Assembly: GCA_029555085.1 (NCBI GenBank)
Contig: JAKPTO010000006.1
Coordinates: 1-26,314, forward strand
Reading direction: 5' to 3'
Length of the DNA stretch: 26,314 nucleotides
Origin: a bacterium
Lineage (GTDB): Bacteria; Patescibacteriota; Patescibacteriia; UBA1558; S5-K13
The number at the start of each line of letters is the position of its first letter. The stretch's first letter is position 1. The notes below the pieces were generated by a model. It made no database searches. It saw only the letters and a list, made by a program, of their open reading frames with translations, and had not been told where the DNA came from. The translations under genes and the position numbers were made by a program. Positions 25,754 to 26,314 of the stretch are shown one piece after another.

Positions 25754-26314
25754 ATGAAAAATAAAAAATTTTTATTAGTATTTATAATTTGTATAGTAGT
25801 TTTGTTTTTTAAAGCACATACAATAATTGCAGATCAATGGGATGAGAATGATTGCAATGCTGGTAAAGATTATGGTTGGGTATACCCTCCTTTTGTTGAG
25901 GATCCTTCCAATATAGCTCATTATATTTATGATCATAATACCAAAGGAAGACAGCAAACGGGAACAATAAGTTTTTGTTATAAAAAGAACGCAGCATGTC
26001 CATCATCTACACATGAATGTAGAAACTACACAAGTGAAAATGGAAATTTACAAGGCTTTTGTAATGGTAGCGCCCCAGGTTTTTTTTGGTGTAATAGTGG
26101 TGTTTGTTGTAAGGCCTCAGACAAAATTCTTGATAAGTCAGAGAAGTTATATTTTGACCCAGAAGTAGGTATTCCAGGGTTTAGAAAACAACAAAAAATA
26201 GACGGAGATCTTATGGGTAAATTTGCTAAACAATTATATATTTATCTCCTTGGTTTATCTGGAATAGTAGCTGTGCTCGTATTAATATTGGCTGGTTTTC
26301 AGTGGGTAATGGCA
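25754..26314 (+). CDS. 3'-truncated secreted protein: signal peptide, Cys-rich domain and the start of a VirB2-like CPR pilin domain
   Basis: Translated by hand; open for 187 codons to the window end: MKNKKFLLVFIICIVVLFFKAHTIIA|DQWDENDCN...CNSGVCCK...FDPEVGIPGF...LYIYLLGLSGIVAVLVLILAGFQWVMA. It is absent from the ORF track because it has no stop codon in the window. Confidence 0.85.
   Translation, partial: MKNKKFLLVFIICIVVLFFKAHTIIADQWDENDCNAGKDYGWVYPPFVEDPSNIAHYIYDHNTKGRQQTGTISFCYKKNAACPSSTHECRNYTSENGNLQGFCNGSAPGFFWCNSGVCCKASDKILDKSEKLYFDPEVGIPGFRKQQKIDGDLMGKFAKQLYIYLLGLSGIVAVLVLILAGFQWVMA

Noticed and set aside
14809-26006. Antisense ORFs at 14809, 15916, 16878, 18444, 19639, 20214, 20547, 22434, 25265, 25775 and 25809
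   Set aside because: All overlap well-supported + strand genes (the last two overlap the truncated pilin gene) and look like reverse-frame shadows.

Overview
This is a very AT-rich bacterial chromosomal segment using genetic code 11 (TGA ends ftsZ and the gene at 21170). Every credible protein gene lies on the + strand. Gene content and style (VirB2-like 'pilin' fusions, homodimeric GlyRS, membrane-anchored Clp ATPase, ybeY-dgkA-ftsA-ftsZ-nrdR block, leaders without Shine-Dalgarno) suggest Patescibacteria/CPR, probably Parcubacteria/ABY1; this is an inference. Gene order: 5'-truncated protein with 21-aa LRR-like repeats; beta-CASP metallo-beta-lactamase RNase; a structured intergenic RNA on the - strand; lepB; hisS; rpsU; a four-gene surface-protein cluster (two pilin-Ig fusions, one of 2315 aa, plus two membrane-anchored DxDxDG/PsbP-like proteins); ybeY; dgkA; ftsA; ftsZ; nrdR; two small membrane proteins; Clp-family ATPase; glyQS; a 3'-truncated pilin-domain gene that the ORF track missed. 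Highlights: (1) an unannotated ~280-nt rod-like ncRNA with its own near-consensus promoter and terminator; (2) an LRR array whose variable codons are all NNY against near-invariant scaffold codons; (3) rpsU is the only gene with an (extended) Shine-Dalgarno, reminiscent of Bacteroidota bS21 autoregulation; (4) a pilin-adhesin operon behind a structured leader that combines VirB2-like and GspG/type IV pilin-like domains; (5) a membrane-tethered Clp ATPase whose first AAA+ ring is degenerate.
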